NCBI GenBank assembly: GCA_021323675.1
Contig: JAJPKP010000055.1
Span: forward strand, 1,529-65,528
Length of the DNA stretch: 64,000 nucleotides
Direction: 5' to 3'
Source: Pseudomonadota bacterium
Lineage (GTDB): Bacteria; Desulfobacterota; Binatia; Binatales; Binataceae
The first letter of the stretch is position 1; every line of letters begins with the position of its first letter. Under the pieces are notes generated by a model. The model was not told where the DNA came from. It made no database searches and saw only the letters and a list, made by a program, of their open reading frames with translations. Made by a program: the position numbers and the translations under genes. Below, one piece after another: positions 60,471-64,000 of this stretch.

Positions 60471-61358
60471 ATGGCTAGGGTGCGAAGATTCAATCCGTTC
60501 GCTTTCCTTCTGCAAAAGCTTTCCGATTTTGCGGTCAAGGTACTGACCAAGCCGCTTCGGACCTACGAGCTTCACGTCCCCAACGATATGGCGAATCTGA
60601 AGCGCCATATCCGCAAGGGCGACGTGGTGCTGGTCGAAGGCAACGAGCGCATCAGCGAATGCATCAAGTACCTCACGCAGAGTTCCTGGTCGCATTCGGC
60701 GCTGTTTGTCGGCGATGAACCGCTGCGGCGCAATCCGAAGCAGCGCGAGGAATTGATCGCGCAGTTTGGCGATGATGCGCACTTCCTCATCGTCGAGGCC
60801 CTGGTAGAAAGCGGCGTAGTCCTTTCGCCGCTGACCAAATACAGGGACTTCAATATCCGCGTATGCCGTCCCTACAATCTCTCCTCACCGGATCTTGCCG
60901 AGGTGATGGACGAGGCGCTGCGGAGCGTGGGCGCCACCTACGACATCAAGAATGTCGTCGATCTCGCGCGCTACTTTTTGCCGGTGAGCCTGATCCCGCG
61001 CAGCCTGCGGCGCAAGGCGCTGCAGTTCGGCAGCGGCGAACCGACCCGAGTCATCTGCTCGAGCCTGCTGGCGACCTGCTTCAACCGCGTGCGATTTCCG
61101 ATCATCCCGCGCGTCGAGCAGTTGCCCGAGACCCCCGCTTCCGGGAGCCGCCGGCTCGCACTTTGGCCACGGCGGGCGCAGGAGCCCCCGGGGATCTGGC
61201 GCCAGGTCTCTCCGACGCTGGTAACGCCGCGAGATTTCGATCTGTCGCCCTACTTCGAGATCGTGAAGTTTAATATTATCGAGAGCATGCGGTTCGATTA
61301 CCGGAAGATCAGATGGGCGGACGATCTTCCGCCGGCGCAGATCAAGAAGGGCGCCTGA
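60471..61358 (+). CDS. Permuted papain-like NlpC/P60 (YiiX/YebB-like) protein
   Basis: GDVVLV, WSHSAL (His), Y-D, ICSSL (Cys), TPRDFD. Confidence 0.75.
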   Translation: MARVRRFNPFAFLLQKLSDFAVKVLTKPLRTYELHVPNDMANLKRHIRKGDVVLVEGNERISECIKYLTQSSWSHSALFVGDEPLRRNPKQREELIAQFGDDAHFLIVEALVESGVVLSPLTKYRDFNIRVCRPYNLSSPDLAEVMDEALRSVGATYDIKNVVDLARYFLPVSLIPRSLRRKALQFGSGEPTRVICSSLLATCFNRVRFPIIPRVEQLPETPASGSRRLALWPRRAQEPPGIWRQVSPTLVTPRDFDLSPYFEIVKFNIIESMRFDYRKIRWADDLPPAQIKKGA

Positions 61359-61385
61359 CCGAATCGACAGCCAAACAACAACGGG

Positions 61386-61676
61386 GTGGATGACTTGAAC
61401 GACGAACAGAACCACGGTGGCGGGCGGCGCGAGATCCTCGAAAAAACCATCGCAAAAATACTCCATCGCCACTGCAATTTCGGCTGGGCGAACTACTACA
61501 TCCCCAGCGAAAAGTTTCCCGCGCTCATCGATGAACTGGTGGAGCTGCTGAGCCCCGGCGGCGAAGTCGGCCACGAAGAGCTGGTTCAGTTCTTTCTCAA
61601 TACCCAGCGAACCGCGTCCGTGCAGGACCGCGTCGCGAAGCTCGCTGAAGGTTATATCGTGTACAAACGCGGTTAG
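61386..61676 (+). CDS. Hypothetical protein
   Basis: 96-aa ORF filling the gap between co-oriented genes; no recognised motif. Confidence 0.5.
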   Translation: MDDLNDEQNHGGGRREILEKTIAKILHRHCNFGWANYYIPSEKFPALIDELVELLSPGGEVGHEELVQFFLNTQRTASVQDRVAKLAEGYIVYKRG

Positions 61677-61761
61677 CGTCCATCGTTTGCGCTCGCGCGG
61701 AAATCCGGCGGGCGACTATCCCGGGCGCGCAACCGATTTCGATTCCCAAGGAGCACTGCCG

Positions 61762-62277
61762 ATGGATGCGATCGAGGCGATCAAAAGCAGACGAGTGCAG
61801 CGCGCTTTTGACCCGCGCGAGGTCGAAATCGAAAAGCTCGATCGGATTGCAGACGCCGGACGCCATGCGATGAGCGCGCGCAACATGCAGCCCTGGCATT
61901 TCATCGTAATCCGCAATCGCGCCACTCTGAAAAGGATTGGCGAGCTGTGCTCCACGGGAAGGTTTGTCGGCGAAGCTCCCGCCGCTATCGTCGTGTTGAA
62001 GAACACCGAAAACACCCGATGGGCCGACGTCGATTGCGCGCAGGCGGTCCAAAATATGGCGGTTGCCGGATGGTCGCTTGGACTCGGCACGTGCTGGGTC
62101 GGCAATTTCGACAATGCCGCGTTATGCGAGTTGCTCGGGGTTCAGCCGCCGTGGGCGATTTTCACCGTCCTGCCCTTCGGGTATCGCGACGCGAAGCGTC
62201 CGCCTGAGGCCCGTCCGCTGCGCGCGAAAAGAGATACCGTCCACTACGAGCGGTATGGCAACCAGTCACAGTCGTAG
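61762..62277 (+). CDS. Nitroreductase family protein
   Basis: I.SRR..R.F, A.SARN.QPWHFIVI, QNM......GLGTCW, FGY. Confidence 0.88.
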   Translation: MDAIEAIKSRRVQRAFDPREVEIEKLDRIADAGRHAMSARNMQPWHFIVIRNRATLKRIGELCSTGRFVGEAPAAIVVLKNTENTRWADVDCAQAVQNMAVAGWSLGLGTCWVGNFDNAALCELLGVQPPWAIFTVLPFGYRDAKRPPEARPLRAKRDTVHYERYGNQSQS

Positions 62278-62336
62278 CGGCCGCAAAATCTGATAGGATC
62301 GCTTGTCAAGAATCTCCGAACGGAAGACCAGGCGTT

Positions 62337-62777
62337 ATGGCAATCAAGCAGCAAAAGCCGTCCGAGGCGTTCCAGACTTTGAAAACGAATCCCGGCGCGA
62401 TTTATCTCGACGTCCGCACCGAAGCCGAATTCGCGCAGGGACATCCCGCCGGAGCAATCAACATTCCGGTCGTGTTCATCAAAGGTCCGGGACAGATGGA
62501 AGTTAATCCGGATTTTCTCGCGGTTGTCGAAAGGGTGCTGAGCAAAGACCGCAAGCTGGTGGTCGGATGCCTGTCCGGCGGACGCTCGATGCGCGCCTGC
62601 GAGATGCTCGAAGCGGTAGGCTTCGCCGACCTCACCAACGTACAGGGAGGATTCGGCGGCCAGCGCGACCAATCGGGCGCCGTAGTGGTGACAGGATGGC
62701 GCGATAGCGGCCTGCCGGTCTCGACCGATGCCGGCATCGCGTCCTACCAGGCGCAACGCAGAAAAGCGGGACTCTGA
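62337..62777 (+). CDS. Rhodanese-like sulfurtransferase
   Basis: LDVRT..EF..GHP.GAINIP, active loop CLSGGRS, GW...GLP. Confidence 0.88.
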   Translation: MAIKQQKPSEAFQTLKTNPGAIYLDVRTEAEFAQGHPAGAINIPVVFIKGPGQMEVNPDFLAVVERVLSKDRKLVVGCLSGGRSMRACEMLEAVGFADLTNVQGGFGGQRDQSGAVVVTGWRDSGLPVSTDAGIASYQAQRRKAGL

Positions 62778-63448
62778 TGGCGATTCGGCTCACCCGCATC
62801 TACACCCGCACCGGCGACAAGGGCACTACCGCGCTGGTCGGCGGGACGCGCGTTCCCAAGGAGAGCACGCGTCTGGAAGCCTACGGAACCGTTGACGAGC
62901 TGAATTCCGTCATCGGCATCGTAAGGACGCTTCTCCCCCAGTTCGTCCTCAAGCTCGGCAACGATGGCGAGTGGTACTCGGAGATGCTCCGGCGCATCCA
63001 GAACGAACTGTTCGACGTCGGCAGCGAGCTGGCGACCCCTCCCGAGGGTGAATACGAGGGCATGCACAAGATGGGCGAGGCCGAAGTTGCACTGCTCGAA
63101 AAAGAGATGGATCGGATGGAGCAGGAGCTCGAGCCGCTCAAGTCGTTCACCTTGCCCGGAGGTGGCCAGCTCAATGCGTTTCTCCATCAGGCGCGCACGG
63201 TATGCCGGCGGGCCGAGCGCGTTCTCTGGCGTCTCAAGCGCGAGGAATCCGTCAACGATCAGTTGATCATCTACGTCAACCGTTTGAGCGATCATCTGTT
63301 TGTGCAATCGCGATGGGTCGCCAGGCGGCTCAACGAACCCGAGTTCCTGTGGGACCGCGGCCTAAGGCTCGATTCCCCCGAAGTCAAAGCCGCCCGGCGC
63401 AAGGCGGCGGCCAATCAGATTGCGGCGCGGCGCGGCGCAAAATCCTGA
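62777..63448 (+). CDS. pduO: PduO-type ATP:cob(I)alamin adenosyltransferase
   Basis: IYTRTGDKGTT, AYGTVDELNS, QNELFDVG, RTVCRRAER, NRLSD. Confidence 0.9.
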   Translation: MAIRLTRIYTRTGDKGTTALVGGTRVPKESTRLEAYGTVDELNSVIGIVRTLLPQFVLKLGNDGEWYSEMLRRIQNELFDVGSELATPPEGEYEGMHKMGEAEVALLEKEMDRMEQELEPLKSFTLPGGGQLNAFLHQARTVCRRAERVLWRLKREESVNDQLIIYVNRLSDHLFVQSRWVARRLNEPEFLWDRGLRLDSPEVKAARRKAAANQIAARRGAKS

Positions 63449-63464
63449 GGCGGGAGCAATCACG

Positions 63465-64000
63465 ATGGCGGATGAAGGAAGACTCTACCTGCGCCAGGCG
63501 CAGATCGGCCCGATGGCCAACTATGTTTACCTGCTGGGCGATTCGGCGACCCACAAGGTCGCGGTCGTCGATCCCGCATGGGACGTGGACGCGATCTGCG
63601 ACTTCGTCGAAAAGGAAGGCTACGAGATCGACAAGATCCTGATCACTCACTATCACCCCGACCATCTCGGCGGGCGGATGATGGGCCAGAGTATCGAGGG
63701 CGCGGCGCGGATGCTCGAGCGGGTCAAGGCCAAGGTTTATGTGAACAAGCACGAGGCCGAGGGCGTGAAGCAGGTGTCCGGCCTTTCGGACTCGGACCTT
63801 GTGAAAGTCGACGCGGGCGACGTCGTGAAGATTGGCGATTTGGACCTCAAGTTTCTCCACACTCCCGGCCATACGCCCGGCTCGCAGTGCTTTCTCGCCG
63901 AGGGCAACCTGATTTCGGGCGACACCCTGTTCGTCAACTCCTGCGGGCGCGTCGATCTGCCCGGCTCCGATCCGGAGGCGATGTACTACAGCCTGAACCA
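63465..64000 (+). CDS. MBL-fold metallo-hydrolase (glyoxalase II/persulfide dioxygenase-like), truncated by window end
   Basis: Translated by hand (absent from ORF track): MADEGRLYLRQ..ANYVYL..VVDP..THYHPDH..HTPGHTPGS..GDTLF..GRVDL. Confidence 0.85.
   Translation, partial: MADEGRLYLRQAQIGPMANYVYLLGDSATHKVAVVDPAWDVDAICDFVEKEGYEIDKILITHYHPDHLGGRMMGQSIEGAARMLERVKAKVYVNKHEAEGVKQVSGLSDSDLVKVDAGDVVKIGDLDLKFLHTPGHTPGSQCFLAEGNLISGDTLFVNSCGRVDLPGSDPEAMYYSLN

Overview
GC-rich, gene-dense bacterial chromosomal segment with no recognisable mobile element, CRISPR array, tRNA or rRNA. The gene content (DUF1329, many SDR/CoA-transferase/NTF2/hydrolase paralogs, Deltaproteobacteria-like core genes) suggests Candidatus Binatota or a related lineage; this is inference only. 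About 3.4-27.3 kb is an extended hopanoid locus: tetR-hpnH-ispA-Zn dehydrogenase-shc-dxr-hpnC-hpnD-hpnE-hpnA-cruF-like, then two NTF2/SnoaL genes, a frameshifted DUF1329/TetR pair, divergent hpnG/hpnK, and the C-3 methylase hpnR. A palindromic operator-like motif (CTGACCGATYGGTCAG) recurs at the putative promoters of the tetR-hpnH operon and of hpnR, suggesting a TetR-controlled hopanoid regulon. Two non-canonical enzymes (a polyol-dehydrogenase-like protein and a CruF-like hydratase) are translationally coupled inside the operon and are candidate undescribed hopanoid-tailoring steps. The rest holds catabolic and housekeeping genes, an 11-subunit complex I-like operon (nuoABCDHIJKLMN, no nuoEFG), purU, rsmI, aroQ-accB-accC and a nitroreductase-rhodanese-pduO-MBL operon cut by the window end. 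All product calls come from motif recognition by eye, and start codons were chosen from RBS and domain context; no database searches were run.
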